Of a stretch of 64,000 bases of DNA, positions 39,931 through 53,699 are shown piece after piece. The DNA comes from Camelus dromedarius (Eukaryota). Within the stretch, counting starts at the first letter, position 1; the number at the start of each line of letters is the position of its first letter. The stretch lies in contig NC_087436.1 of assembly GCF_036321535.1 (NCBI RefSeq), positions 102,240,001 to 102,304,000 of the forward strand, written 5' to 3'. The notes beneath the pieces are model-generated. The model ran no database searches. It was given only the letters and a program-made list of their open reading frames with translations, and had not been told where the DNA came from. The position numbers were made by a program, and so were the translations under genes.

Positions 39931-40711
39931 ATTGGAATTAAAAGTTAGATGTATCTTTCACAATTTAGAATTGATATCTATAAATTGTAGATTGTTACTT
40001 AGAACACACCCATATCTTCACACACATCCATACAAACACACAAAACACATTATTTAATAGTTACAACTGGTAAATTGACATGTAAATTTGTATAATATGT
40101 AAAATTTCAAATAGTTCTATGCACACTGATCTATTTTCAGATCATTTTTCATTATGCTGCTTAACTGAGATTCTTAAAGTCGTCTGTTAAAGATGGCTAA
40201 ATTAATTAAAGCAAAGACAATAATACAATATCTGTCATAAATGTTGTCTAACTCTATTCCCATAGTCACATTGCCATATAGAAATAGTTGTATACTGGTA
40301 AGATGTTCACGTATATTATGTAAGTTGAAAGAAAGTAGAAAATGTATAGTCAACTATATTTGGCTTTTAAAAGTTTTGCATTTGAAGACATTTATTCTTT
40401 AATCACACAATGAGGATGAGATACAGTTCTACTAAAGATTGTATCGGTGTTTTATAACTGATAGTAAATTTAAGAAATTTTAGCAAAGACTAATAAAGTT
40501 GGCAATATAATTATAAAAAAGTGAAAAAAATCAAAAATATGAATTATGTTTCAAAGAATAGTAGCCATTTGTTGTTATTTTTAAATTTCAGAGATTGAAT
40601 TTAAAATTCCTTATTTGGATTTACTTTTAAATACACTGATTCATGTAGTCATACACTATTGAACAAGTACACTACTTACCAAGTAAATAAAAACTATAAA
40701 GTTCCCATAAA

Positions 40712-40906
40712 GCAAGTCTCAGCAAATATTTTCTGCACAGGATCAGTCATAAGTTGCCTGTCTCAATTACTCAATTCTGCTTTTATAGCACAAAACAGCA
40801 TAAAATATATCTAAATGAATTATATGGCTGTTTTTAATTAAAATTGTTTTTAAAAACAGATGGCAGACTGGATTTAACCCACAGGTGTAGTTTGGCTGAT
40901 CCTACC
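40712..40906. mobile_element. MER58-like hAT MITE
   Basis: cagcaaatattttctg, actcaattctgc, gcagactggatttaacccacagg. Confidence 0.7.
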
Positions 40907-42069
40907 CCCACAGCATTAAGAAATAGCCAGTCACTATTCTTGACTAGAATTCTGATCATAGAATAGATATTTGTCTTTGTAACAGTTTTGATACAATTTG
41001 AAAGAGATCAAACATTTTATATGTTCATTTGACCTCAGTAAAACATCTTAAAAATAAAATTAATTTAGTATTTTTTTATTTTGGAATTTTAATCAAGAAT
41101 TTTTCTCAATATTTTTCAACAACATCATGCATTAGCCACCAAAATATTTCCTATATTTTGGTGCCTAACTGTCAAAATGAAAGGAGAGACACAAAAAACA
41201 AGCTGGAAAATAAATTAATTGAATTAATAGTTATGTTAAACCAATTTGCAGTAATCATATACATGATATCTTGAACAAAACTAAGCCAAATAGACTTCTA
41301 AAAATTATTAAGAAGGAAAGATTTAATATTATCAAAATAACCACTCATGCTCAGTTTACATAACATATGCAAAATCCATATTAATTTATTAGTTATCTTT
41401 AATGTCCTAAGTGTTTATATATAATTGTTGTTATTTTTAGACAGACATGGTTATAAACTAGGTAAGGTTGAGCAAAAATTTAAAGATCCCATTTAATTTT
41501 AATATTTTATTTAAAACAATATTACTACTAATCATTATCATGCTATTTTGTAGATGCTCAAAAACTATTGTTTTAAAATTGTGGTCAGAATTATCATCCA
41601 GCATATTTATCATATTCTTCAAGGTAATCCTGAATCCCTTTATCATATACTTCAAATTCAAGTATTTTTAAATTTCTCTTTTTGACACCTAATTTTAATG
41701 ATTGTTACTGACTCCAAGGTCAACATTCTTTCTTTATCCTGGGATGTAATTTACATCTTGAAGTTAAAATTAATTTAAGACAATTAAGACAATTGATTTA
41801 AATTATTTAATCATTTGTCATTTTTAGGTATTTCCCCATCTTTAAGATGCTAAATAGAACTTTCATATTGGAATATGCCTCTTGAGACTGAAAACACTTG
41901 TAATACATAAGTTAAAATTATGTCTTACCCCTTAAGAACTGTTGATGTTTTCACTATGTCTCCAAGTTGTGAGTTCATGCTTCCCTTTCTTTTTTGATTT
42001 AAATATAGCTTCTGAAGATTTTTTCTTTTTAATTTGTATTTAATAACCATTTTTTCTCCATTACTAAAG

Positions 42070-42460
42070 TTCACCAATGTCTACCCCTCACTTCTGGATC
42101 AACAGATGAATGAAAGTCCTTCTCAAACCCCTTACAGTTGGTGGGGCCACATGACAAATTTTAGCCCTTGGACCATGTAAAGAAATGATACGTTTCTAGT
42201 GAGACAGTGAAAAGCTTCTATGTAATGTTCTAGATTCTCTTTCTTTGCCACTGTGGCTGCAGAGAGGAACTTAGGCTGAAATTATGGAGCTACAAAACTA
42301 AAGCATTCTGGATTGCTGGAGGAACATTTCCCCGGAGATTCCTTTGGACAAGCAGTGTGATTTACACAAGTGAGAACTAAATCTTTATTATATTTAGTCA
42401 TTGTGATTAAGGGCCTGCCTGCTACCACAGTATAGCCTAGCCCATCATAACTAGTCAAGT
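42070..42460 (+). mobile_element. Old MaLR LTR (MLT1I/J-like)
   Basis: ggggccacatgac, gtgagaactaaatcttt, cacagtatagcctagcccatc. Confidence 0.65.
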
Positions 42461-42529
42461 GTAGACACGGAAGAAAAAAAAATTGAAGCAGTGAAACAGA
42501 ATAAAGAAAGAAAAATCAGCCCAGGTATG

Positions 42530-43050
42530 TGATATGTATAAATTAAATGGCATTTTTCTTGATGTGCTATTTTGTAATCTGCTTCTTGATTAACATTGAC
42601 TCATGACCATTTTCCAAGCCATTAAATATAATTCCACAGCATAATGTTTAATGACTGCATAGTATTATATGGCAATGGTCTATGAAAATTTATTCAATCA
42701 ATTTCCTATTCTTTGACAATTAGGTTGTTTAGAAAAATTTTCCATTGCAAACTATATTGGAATGAGCAAAGTTATAGCTATATCGTATATCCACAATTAC
42801 TTCTATAAAATACATTCTTAGAACTAAAATTTCTGACTTAAAGGTTAGAAAATGCTAAGGCTTATACTAAATTACTTGCCACAAATGTACAAATTAACAC
42901 CACCACTAACATTATAAGCAATTTTTTCACTATTTTAAGTCACTTTTAAAAATTCTTAACTTCAATGGTGTTAATTATATAAGAAATTGGACACTTAATT
43001 TTTTCCATGTGCAAAAATGTTTTAACTTCGCATCTTATATATATTTTGAA
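42530..43050 (-). mobile_element. L1ME-like fragment
   Basis: tttaatgactgcatagtatt, atttattcaatcaatttcctatt, aattaggttgttt. Confidence 0.6.
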
Positions 43051-43679
43051 ATTTAAGTAAACTTGTCAAATATTTGTCAGGGATGTTGTGAATTGGATTC
43101 AATTCAATCCAACACCTATATGTTAAGTACTATGTGTTTGGTCATCTCTAAAGCACTGAGTTAGCCAGCATTAGATTAGATTATTGTATGAAAAAATTTC
43201 AACTCAAAATTTTCAAGTAAACTTTCTTAAGATAGATATTTTTAAGATGGTGTCAACCAAGTTCTAAGTCATTTACAATTTCAATTTCCTGCTGATAAAT
43301 TATATGTCAAAATCTCTAGCCAAGCAATCACATGACTCTATTTTTTTTAAAACCTCTTTTTTGTCTTGAATTTAAGTTACTTGCCTGACAATAAATTTAT
43401 TTTTTTTTTTATCATCGTGTATTGGGTATCCAGTATTGCCAACTTCATTTTGGAAATATTTGTGTAATCATTACTTTTCCCATTCTAATCCTTAAGGAAA
43501 AATTCTGATTGTCTCAGGTTGGATCAAGTTTCTACCTCTGATGGTATCTACTGTGGCTACAAAACTGGGTTATATTGTATGAAAACAACTCTTTCTGACG
43601 CAGTTCTCCAAAAATTGATGTGTGAAAAGATGAGCAGGTGAGGGCAACCTTGGGCAGATGTCATAACACCCAAAACCGT

Positions 43680-43945
43680 GGGTGTTTAACGTTCTTCCCT
43701 CTAATATAACATGTATTTTTTTCCTATCACCACAAACATCATACTTTGTTCTATGTCATTTGTATGACAATTACTCTTTTATATGTATGTACACAATGTA
43801 TGCTTTTTCTAACAAACAATAAGCTACTTGAAGCTACCAACTGTGGATTTTTTTTCAAGCAATGTATCTCTAAAGTCAAGGGCAGATCTCACAAATAGAA
43901 AGTTCTTAATAAATATATGTCAAATGAATGAATAAATAATTGATG
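43680..43945 (+). mobile_element. L2 3' end
   Basis: aagctacttgaag...ttcttaataaatatatgtcaaatgaatgaat. Confidence 0.55.
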
Positions 43946-45304
43946 GATATTGTTCTAGTAAAGAATATGTATAAACTTTTAAAAATATTTTCTCATTAGA
44001 ACATTTTGACTCCAAATGGTATTCAAATAATTCAAATAGATAAAACATGTATTTAATGAGTACTCACTATACATGGTATTAAAGCCCTACATATTAAAAA
44101 CATAGAAATAAATAGGTATTTTCGCTGATCTTAAGGGATTAACAGCCTAGCAGGGCATAGAAACTTTGAGACTGATGCACAGTGTCTGGTGATAAAGAAG
44201 GTTAAATGATGCTGTGCCAGATGAAGAGGTGGCACCACAGAAGGAAATTCAACCCAAGCATGGTTTATGCAATGATTTAGTCCACTCAACCAAGTGAAAA
44301 ACATGGTCTCACAATCATGTTTCTTTTTAAAAAACAATAACTTCAACAGGTCAAATTAGATTCCAGGTCCTTTGTGGTGAGGCTGCATAGAAAAAATAGT
44401 ATGCCAAAAGAACAGCATTAATCTATTTCTCTATATATACTTTTTCATGTCTAAATTGTATGTTTTTTGAGGCATTGTACTTCAATTCTTAAAATGATCT
44501 TGCCAAATTATTCACATTTTTGAGACTATAAATTTTAATGAAATATTCATGAAAATCCTCTGCCCACCCCAGGACCACTATACTGTACATAATGTAACTG
44601 TTTGAGGGTAAATTTGTATATAGAGAACAGGTTCCTCTTCTGCTCAATGGTAAGTAACTCATTGAGATTTTAAGTATGAAGATTGAAGTTTATCCTCATC
44701 AGCAAAACTATAACTGACCCTTACTACCTAATACCTGGTACAGATATCCATGGAGCTGAGTTAGTCAGAGCAAGGCGGTTTATTTACTTTCCTCTATCAT
44801 CAGAGAAAAATGTTTTTTAAAAAGGTATAATATTAAAGCAATCAGCAATCATGAGGGGAGAAATACAATGGTTTCATAAGATTCTGAGGGTTTCTAATTC
44901 TGAGATTCATTCTCTAAACGAGTCTGCTTATGCTTTTGTTACAGTGTACAAGGTAGTCAGTTTCTCTATAAATCAATCACACAGGGCAGGCAAAATGGTT
45001 TTGAATCTTGACATGAGATGTAAAATGTAAATAAATTATGGTTCAGCTTTAGTTAACAGGAAATAAGGTTTCTTCCTCTCTTTCACTACTTTTTCCTTTC
45101 CTTCCCCCCATTTCACCTCCCCTCCTTTCTCCTCCTTTTTCTTTCTTCACTTCCTCCTCCCTAATAATTGTATTAAGTCCTAGACAAATACATTCTTTAA
45201 AACAGTTTCTGTTTTAACTAAGAAAACAAATCCCTAAACCCATAATAACACCATCACTGCAACAAAAGCAGGTATTAAATACTTTGACACTTACAGACAC
45301 TACT

Positions 45305-45530
45305 TTATTGTAGGTTAAAGGATAGTCTAAAGCCAAATGCCTAGATTCAGGCACTGCCTTTATTGCTTGTAAGCTGTTACTTTAGGAAAATTTCTGGATA
45401 TCTCTCTACTTTAGTTGTCCAACTGCAAAATAATATCTATATTGTAGGGTTGTTGTGAATATTAAATACGTTAATAGACATTAGACTTCTAGAGCCTGGC
45501 ACATCATACCCACAAAGAATGCTTTGCTAT
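45305..45530 (+). mobile_element. MIR SINE
   Basis: gccaaatgcctagattc, gtagggttgttgtgaatattaaat, gcctggcacat. Confidence 0.75.
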
Positions 45531-46628
45531 ACCTGTATCATATAGTTAGAAAAAGATTTGCATTTTTCTAAGCATGTATGTCCATTATCCATCAACTGTT
45601 CCACATAACACGAGGACTCACAGTAATGAGTCCACAGGACAAATGACTGCACGAAAAGGGGAAAAGTTAAGACAAAATTCTGCAGTCTTCTAGAGGTCTT
45701 CTTTCCCTACACTTTCCACGCAAATCTGAATTTTGAGGGCAGAATATTAATCTACTGATTGAATAGATTAGTGCTTTCTTGAAAATGTTAAAATATTAAT
45801 TTCAGAAACACTGTGATAAGGGTGTCAATAATTATTTAAACATATGAATCAATATTCTCTAGTACAACCAGAGAGATAGGAATCAATACATGTTAGTTTA
45901 ATGTCAAAGCTAGACATGCCGTTTTAAAAATAGGAAATTGCTTTCTGAGTGGAAAATAAAATTATTTTTTCTTAAAGTGGAAGATCCTTTAAGAGTCCAA
46001 GTCATGCTCTGGTGATTCTCTTAGGTCGCACCACATCTTTTGAAATTTTGAATCATTACTTACTGTTTGTTTTTTACCATTTAAAATACTCTTTTTTGAA
46101 GATTTGTATTCTTCCCTTGACACGACACTTTTTTTTTTTTTGTCACAAGCTGCTCCCAGCTGTAAAATATATATAATTGTGAAACTTGTGGCAGTGTTTG
46201 TGAAATGGTAAGTTGACTGATTATGTAAGCCTGATTTTCCTTTAAGAGAATTGCATTACCAGTAATCTTACACTTTAGCTTACCATTATAACAAGGTATA
46301 GAATGGAGGCTTCACTCTGATTGTGACTATTACTTTTAAAAAAAGGAAAATAATCTTCTAAATTGAGCCTATTTGAAGCTGCCAATATCAGGGCCAGGTG
46401 CCTTTCTCTAAAAATGAACAAGATTTGTAAGAAGAGACTACACCATCACCAGTCACTACTTCAGTGCCCACCCTCCCTGTCTATTCAGAGAAATAAGCAG
46501 AGGCAGGGCAGTTCAGCAGTAAGATTTTACTTCTTCTCTGTCCAGTGCATTTTGGAAGTGAGTAGCCCTCAATATGCTGCTTTAAAGACTGCAAGGCAGC
46601 CAGCTAGATGATCTGCCCTTGTGCTTAC

Positions 46629-47000
46629 CTGTGAATTAGAGAGAAATATCAAGTTGAACACAGCTACCTGGGTGAAGCGGATGGCACTTCCTCCATTTGC
46701 GATGGATCAAGAATGTGTGACTATTCTGAGAATCAAGGGTTGGCACTGCGGAACCCAGCTCAGCTGGAGCCATGGTATCAGGACCTGACTCAGGACCACT
46801 GTCCCCTTGCCCAAGAGGCGGTAGCAGCAGGGGACACACACATACACACAGAGTGCACTTGTGGCTGAGGCAGGAGTGCTACTCGGAAGGCAGTAAACCG
46901 GACCTGCATGAAGGACTTGGGCAGTGGAGAAGCCTTGAATACAAACATTCCCCTGAAAAATGTTCCAGCATTTGGATGCTTGTCTCTCAGAGGGCACTGA
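46629..47000 (-). other. Candidate exon/promoter-proximal unique sequence ending in a strong splice donor
   Basis: Locally GC-richer and not recognised as a repeat; minus-strand CAG|GTAAGC donor at 46629/46628; upstream boundary unknown. Confidence 0.35.
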
Positions 47001-48411
47001 TAGTCAATCATTATTAGCCAGAGATTCAGGGGAAAAAAAATCAATGAGAGAATAACAAGCTTTTCTTGTTAAATAAAGAGATATTGTACCCATGAGTGCC
47101 CCTCGGGTCTTAAAGCCAGAAGCAAGGACACAAATAAGGAGCCAGATAATATACATAAAAAAATTATCAAGTCATAAATCAGGGTGACAAATTGTTAAAT
47201 AATATGTATTCTATTTTCCCATCTGATAAGTTTACCTTCATAATGATAGCATTTTAAAATATGGATGAGGCTATGGATTTCACACAGAAAAATGAGTTTA
47301 ATGACTATCTGCATGTCTAAATATTCTATAGGTGGAAAGCTATGTTTAGTGAGTAATAAAATAAAATACACACATCATTTTTGTATTTATTCCACATGAT
47401 CTATTTTGCTCATCCTTTTTCAGAAAAACAATAATTATATTATTGTAATCAAGATTTCCATAGCTTATTTTCAAAGAATAATAATAATATAAAATAATTT
47501 ATAAATAAGATGTAATTGTTTTGAAGTGTAAAACCGTGACTAATTGTAAAAAATGTCAGTTAAGTTAAATATAAGTAATTAAGCCATATGTATGTCTCAA
47601 AAGATTATTTTTCTTTTAAAATTTTCATAATTCTCTATTAACATTAAAAGAGTAAATACAAACTATCAACAATGAATGTAAAAACACTTCAAAATTATTT
47701 AAATAACATTAACTATAAGTTTTTTTAGAAGTTCTCTGAAATATTTCAAATAATTAAAAGATAAAATTATCAGGCTAGCAATGTGTTGCCAAGTTTAATG
47801 AATTGATATCTTCTTAGTAATGAACATTATGTTTAGACACATACACATATAATATGAACAAATTTAAAAGGTAATGTGCATTTTTTAATATTAAAAATGT
47901 TTCTTACTCATTGTATATAACCACTGAAAGTATCTCACTCATTCTGAAATCATAAATAGGAATATCAAGAAAATGGAAATCTGGCACTCCTAGAGGGGGG
48001 AATCCATTAAGCAATAATCTGCTGCATTCACGCTATCTGAAAGAAAGGATGTGACCATTTAATTAGTCTTTTTTTGCTTACCGAAGCATTTTTATTATAC
48101 AAACATTATTTAAAAATTCAAAGTTTTTATTGTATGACTCTGACACTGGAAACAGAATATACAAATTTTCAAGGTAGTAGGATGTAGGTACCTTTTCTTT
48201 GAAAGATATACAGCAAGAGAGATGGAGAAGTGTTTCCTTGAGTTCTCAGCACTGTTAGTTGCAAGTGTAAATACCTTGATGGTTACAGGTCTTCTGGTGT
48301 CAACATCAAGCCAAAATCTTGTATAAGCAATCAAACATATTTTTTAATATGCTTATTCCATTTTTTATTATTTTGTGCACATTTTGTATGATATACAAGC
48401 TACAGGACAGG

Positions 48412-49217
48412 TGTCCTGCTTGTTAAGGTCTAAAAAGGGTGTTGGTTGGCCTCCTTTCCTTTATTCCTACTCCCTGATCACTGCACTAAGAAATGGAGTG
48501 ACTGGAAGAACAAAGTTCCTCCCTCCCCCCAAATCCATCAAGGCACAAACTTGGCTGATAATTGAACACATAGAACCAAAGTTGGAGTATTCTATTATAA
48601 AGGGATAGAAAAAGAGATGTAAGAAGTCATGGTTCAAAGCAGGGAATTGTGCACTGCAGACATCTTCTGAAGGTTCTCTGAGGAACTCACTTATGAACCC
48701 TACTAAATAGCCAACATTTGGATACCAGCATTTGGACAGATTGCATTTGATGGGCTTAAGAGAAATACCATTAGCCTCCACTAAGTGAAATCAAAAGCAA
48801 ATAAAACATTTATTTGACATTTTCCCTCCCAACCCTGTTCCCCTAATACCAACTCTCTTCAGCATAAAAGAAACAGAAGCAGAAGGGTTGGGGAAAAGAC
48901 TAATGTCAAGACTGGGAAAAGACCAGATCACATCCCCTCTTCTCTGGTTGCTGATCTTGAATCCACGATCAGACCTGAACTTGGGGAAAGGCAGAAACTT
49001 AAAATTGGGTTTAAGTCTAAAGTTGTGATTTAACCAAATTGGTCTTTCGTACTATGTGAAGAATTTTCAAAGTTAAAAAATAGAAGTTGTGCCATTTGCT
49101 CAAGACATCCTTAACTAGCAGCAATGGGAAATCTGATAGATTGTGTTTGAATAAGTGTAGAAAAAATTCTACTTCTTAATGTACCCTACTTAGCCTGGTC
49201 CATTCAGAAGTGTGACA
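48412..49217 (+). mobile_element. Ancient Gypsy-type LTR (MamGypLTR-like)
   Basis: tgt...aca termini, ~800 bp; ttggggaaaggcagaaacttaaaattgggtttaag resembles MamGypLTR sequence as recalled. Confidence 0.45.
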
Positions 49218-49689
49218 AACTTAGTTAATTCTCCAGCATTTAGACCTATCTCAATGTTCTATTATTATTATTATAGTGATATAATGAACACTTTTGTTAC
49301 TCAGTTTCAGTGTACTTCCCTCCAAATTTCCTTGGAATATACTTTATAAATAGGCAGTATATATAGTACCCCAAATAATACTTCACTAAAATGTGAAATG
49401 ATTTAGCTTTTAAAATCCATTTGCTATTTTATAATTTTAAGACAAAATTTATTCATCCAAATTTAATTTTCTTCTAAGGAAGTTGAGCATGATTTCAACA
49501 ATTTTTTATATACCTAATTTAGAGGCTCAGTACTAAATGTAGAAGAGTAACTCTTAAAACCAAAAACTCAATGAGTCAGAGGATATTTTTAAGTTACAAA
49601 GAAGTCCAAGAAATGCCATGATGTTTGTTTTAAGCTATGTTCTAAATATCTTCCATATGTTCTAACATCTTAGTGCTGAAACACTCTAA

Positions 49690-49892
49690 GGTGACACACA
49701 CCCTGATGAGCAGTGTAGGTCCCTCTCTTTGAGTGCAGTGACATCTGCATGTTGCTTCTGATCAACAGAATACAGCAAATGAGATGGAATGTCGCTCTCA
49801 TGATGATGTTATGTATGCTACATGGGGAGAGTAAAGGGATTTCATCATCACCATCATCACCATCATCATCATCACCATCAGGTCCCCAAATA
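49690..49892 (+). mobile_element. MLT1E-like LTR fragment containing a (CAT/CAC)n repeat at ~49843-49880
   Basis: ttgcttctgatcaacagaatacagcaaa, atggaatgtcgctctcatgat. Confidence 0.6.
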
Positions 49893-51699
49893 TTTTTCTT
49901 TTAAATGTTTTGCCATAAAATTCTTAAAAGAGCTTGTATATAGGCAACCACTTGGATAATGAAGTATTTATTCTTTGAATTCTGAATATTATTTCTAACA
50001 AATCTTATTATATGAAAGGTATTATCTATATTAAAGCACTAGTAAAGCATTGTGCAAATTATTATTATTTGCATAAAGAGTAGGCAAAGAGATGAGGCAA
50101 AGTAATAGAGTCATGGCTCTTATTTTCTTATATCTCTGTCCCTATGTTTACTTTCATTATTCATGATGCATGGTGCATCGCTGTCTCTTTGTACTTTGGA
50201 CGTGTTTCATAGTTTTCCTTTTGTGTATTCCTCATTCTATTTCTGGAACATTTTTAAAATCACTAGGCTGTTCAATATAAAACAATTTGATTTAATCTCT
50301 TTTGGACTCCTGGCAACTTTAAATTAGACATTTTCACTATGTTATGAAAAGAAAGAAGCTTAATCTTAAACTGTATCTATATAGTTAAACTACAACTTTG
50401 TAAAGGGCAGAGGAACTTATCTTTCATTCAAACTAAGCCAATTAAAAAATGATGAAGGTATGAGGTTATATGAATGCAAAGTGCTTAAGTCAGGTTTCTG
50501 TATCTCTTGGCAAAGATCACTATCCGGTGTCAAGATAAACATAAAACAACAACATTAATAAACATTCATTCCAAGCGTAACTAAATTATTTTAGTAATTC
50601 TGTACTAAAATAACAATTATTACTATATTTAAAAATATATTCTATTATTACCCTGAGAATGTTAATGATGGGTAGCTTAAACGTGACAAAAAATTCAGAA
50701 GAAAAATAGTTTACTTTCAATTGACAAGTTAAAGTTACCTTAAAACTGTCTTGTGTTTGTTTGTTTGAAAGGGTTAGCCAACATTTATTTTTATCTAACG
50801 TTTAGTTGAAGATGAACACAGTATGGTTAGCCAATATGAAATATTTCCAAAATAAATTTTTGTATTTATTAGTTATTTAACATCCTTTGTAAATTTCCCT
50901 ATGTCTAAAAATGTCTGAGATGATTTTTTATAATATTTAGCCATCCTGATCACTTCACCAAAAGGATTTTAATGAACTAAAAGAAGAAAAAAGTTAAATA
51001 GCGTTTAAAATAGGAGAGTACACAATAAAGTGAAATAACCAAAGAGAGAGAAAGAGAGAAAATGGGGATGGGGGAATGGAATTTTAAAATTCCACACAGG
51101 TAGCTCACCTGACTATTGTTTTTCTCAGAAATAAAAAAAAAATAATGTAAATATGTCTCTTTCTTGAGTACATTGGAATACATGCCCACTTGTGTGTGTG
51201 TACCCACACACACACATACACACACACAGAGGGTTATTAAAGATAATAGCAAATCCTGGGGATAGCACCTCAAGGGGAAGTACAGTATGTTTTCATTTAA
51301 ATGAGATCTGCATTTTTTCTGCTTGTCCATATGAAAATCCCACGAGTGTCAGCTTTCTTTTAATGAGACCTTTGCTCTGTGAAGAAGAGTATAGTCAGTT
51401 AATGAGAACTCCTCTGCAAAATCTGACTCAGTGCTTCAGTATGAATTCCTACTAGAGGTAGAACAGGCTAGCTGCTTGGCTTGCAATCAAAAGATGTGGA
51501 CACATTCCTTCTACTACTAACTTCATGTAGGACCTTCAGTTACACATTTAACCCCTTTGAACCCAAGTTCACTTAAACTCGATTTAACCAATATTTTATG
51601 GCAAAGTTAGAAATTGCAGATGGTGCTCACGACTTCTGGGAGGGATAGTTTGCTAACCAGGATTCAGCTTCTGCCACCAAGGAGAGTATGATGTGATCA

Positions 51700-52296
51700 G
51701 GTGATTACATGGAAAACAAGTACACAGTAGCACTAGAATATGGAAGAAGTAGCAAAATAGCAAAAGCCCTAAAGTGGAAATAGACAGACTGAGTACAGAT
51801 GAGCAAGAAAACCAGTGCTCCTAGAGATAAGAGAGGAAGGAAGGAAGAGTTAGAGGGGAGGTCAGAGGGACACAGGATCAGCTCATATTGAGGCTGTTAG
51901 GCCATTATTCAAACATTGGTCCTTTTTTTGTTGGGTGAAATAGGAATGTAATTGAAGGGTGAAAAAGAATAGCATGTGCTGATTTATGTCTTAACAGATT
52001 CATTCTTACAGCCACCAAGGACCTACACTGAAGAGAGTAAAAAGGCAGACTCATTAAGAGGTATGTTTCAGAATATAGTGAAGAGATGATGGTAGCTTGG
52101 ACCGGCATTTATCAGAAGTGGTGGCTGTGAGCTCTGGTCAGATTCAGAATCCACTTTGAAGGCAGGATGATAGGATTTGCTGATAGATTGGATTTACTCA
52201 CTGAGAGAAGAGTCAAGAATACTTGCAAGGGTTTTTTTGACTTGAGATATTCTAAGGATGGAGTAGCCAGTAACTGAGATGGTGAAAACTGTGGGA
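51700..52296 (-). mobile_element. L2 LINE fragment
   Basis: gagatgatggtagcttggac, aggatttgctgatagattggat, agaagagtcaagaat, aactgagatggtgaaaactg. Confidence 0.85.
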
Positions 52297-53699
52297 CTTT
52301 ACTTCTCTAAACTGACCAAAAACAATTTCAGATGGGAAAGATAGGAATGGGTATAAGAAAGGAGATTTTAGGCAGAGAGAAAACTAGAGTAAATATGGAA
52401 CAAAGGGTAGCATGCTAGGAAGGATAAGAGCCCAGTTTATTTTAAAGCCGAAGTGAGTTGTTATGTCAGAAATCTATAATACATGTGGAATTGTAGCGTC
52501 TGGTACTGATAGTATATTATGACGGGCCTAGAATATTTGCTGAGGATTTCCCACATTTTGAAAGCAACTGAGAGCAACTGCCTTTTTGAATTGGAAAGTT
52601 CATGATTTGAATTTCAGAGAGGTAGTCCCTGAATACCCTATCTGAAACAGGCCAAATGTTTTCTGTGACTAGGATTCTAAAGTTTGAATTATTGGGTCAA
52701 ATAGTACAAATATTTGAAAATATCAATGTGTATTGATAAATTGACTACCTGTTTTTATTCCAGTCAACAATGTATACATAGTACCCTTGAATATTGGACA
52801 GAATTTTTAAAACACAATTTATTCCCATTTTTATGCAAATTAATTAAACGCTCACATACAAATACACCCATATATCTAAACTGGACACTTTTCTTTCTTT
52901 TTTTGTAAATCGTTTTGATGCATATTTTTTATTTTTTTCTGCTGGTGTGATTAATCATCTTCTTACAATATATCATACATATTGCACATATTTTCTGATT
53001 CATCTTTTTCTTTTATTTTTTCTGGTGTTTGTAGTCAAATATATTCATTTATTGCTAGTTTTTTTTTTTTGTCTTTAGGATTATGCTTATTGTTACTAAA
53101 ATGGACATGTGTATAATAGTAAGGTCTGGTGGACCTAGCTTGTCTGTCTACACTCTTATCTTGGGTGTGTCTGTTTCATTACACACGAAAGTAAGTGCTG
53201 ACTCTAAGTTAGCCACCAGAAGGCTTTGATAGAATAAAAGGAAAGGGATCAGGTATAAGGCATAGAACACCATTCATGTCAGAACAGAGGGCTTTACTTT
53301 GAGCATCAAAACTGTCTACAAGATCCCTAATTCTTTACAGATTAGTTATCTTATTTTAGATTGGTGCTACGTACTACTGCAACAAGAATGGGAAACTTCC
53401 TCATTTCCATTCTTTCAATTTAATCCACTGAGTGGCTTCAGTACTCAACTGCTGAACCAAAAATGGCTGTGAGCTCTCACACTGTGTCTATTATGTTGAT
53501 GGGGAGAAGGGAAGTTTAAGATTTATCAATCACTGAAACAAAGTACCTTATAAAAAGTTGCTGACCTCTCCCCACCATGAACCCTTTACTAATATCTGGT
53601 CCAGCCAGAACTTAACCTCATTCAAAAAAGTGCAATATTTAACCTAAAACCAAAACGGAATCTGTGCAAGAAAAATTAAAAAAAATAAGAATAGGAAAA

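Noticed and set aside
48110..48334. 74-aa ORF in unique-looking sequence
   Set aside because: No recognisable domain or splice structure; length is within chance expectation.
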